Shown here in pieces: positions 63,795 to 64,000 of a DNA stretch of 64,000 bases. This DNA is from Zancudomyces culisetae HAW-14-8. Lineage: Eukaryota > Fungi > Kickxellomycota. A program made the position numbers and the translations under genes. The DNA is taken from NCBI GenBank assembly GCA_052426225.1, contig JBNJNM010000021.1, forward strand, positions 496,001 to 560,000, in the 5' to 3' direction. The notes beneath the pieces are model-generated. The model worked only from the letters and a program-made list of their open reading frames with translations, was not told where the DNA came from and searched no databases. The number at the start of each line of letters is the position of its first letter. The stretch's first letter is position 1.

Positions 63795-64000
63795 TTATGC
63801 AAGTAAAGGTGAAGAGAAAGAAGGAGTAGCTGGGGTTTGGGCAGGAGGATTAGTTTGGGAGTGAGATTTAGTGAGGGTAAGTTTTTGGGCCTGGGAAATC
63901 TTATCACCAAGACTAAGAGCAATTCCTTGAGTCTTGCTACGAATGCGAATGTGGCCAGTAACAGGACTTGTAGGACCAACCTTTTCCAAGCTAACATTCA
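63795..64000 (-). CDS. Probable 3' end of a gene entering from beyond the window
   Basis: The frame is open from the window edge to TAA at 63795 and encodes a P/S/T-rich tail. A pyrimidine-rich, UTR-like stretch follows. Confidence 0.45.
   Translation of the reverse strand, partial: NVSLEKVGPTSPVTGHIRIRSKTQGIALSLGDKISQAQKLTLTKSHSQTNPPAQTPATPSFSSPLLA

Noticed and set aside
1-64000. Selenoprotein, SECIS or tRNA-Sec (some early-diverging fungi use Sec)
   Set aside because: No in-frame TGA at a redox CxxU-type position and no convincing SECIS seen by eye. A SECISearch run would be needed to exclude it.
1-64000. Transposons, CRISPR arrays, rRNA, spliceosomal snRNAs
   Set aside because: No transposase, RT or integrase ORFs, LTR pairs, repeat-spacer arrays or conserved RNA signatures found.

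Overview
This is eukaryotic, AT-rich, intron-containing fungal chromosomal DNA. It has short GT-AG introns with CTAAC/CTAAT branch points and looks like an early-diverging, probably Kickxellomycotina/Harpellales-type fungus; the taxon is inference only. About 23 protein-coding genes can be supported, several of them multi-exon genes that the ORF track fragments or misses. Recognisable genes are proteasome alpha-1, an SPF45-like protein, IMP3, an Ecl1-like protein, a DUF2011-like protein, SUA5, an oxysterol-binding protein, MLH3, a TM+FN3 protein, PRO3, stomatin-like 2, an mS26-like protein, a 10-exon macrodomain gene, catalase, RNase T2, XRCC2-like, HEM14, a Spo5/RBMS-like RRM gene and YAF9. 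There is also one intron-containing tRNA-Ile(UAU). I found no transposon, CRISPR array, prophage or convincing gene cluster, and I cannot claim a clearly new multi-gene system. The best leads are: an orphan 545-aa His/Cys-repeat protein with a four-GGG-tract repeat upstream; a possible PTS1 on P5C reductase whose stop codon overlaps a splice donor; MLH3 with an intact endonuclease but eroded ATPase motifs; a Tyr/Ser-Pro-repeat tail on the Spo5-like protein; an apparently truncated SPF45; and a candidate C/D snoRNA. Exon coordinates were read by eye and may be off by a few bases.
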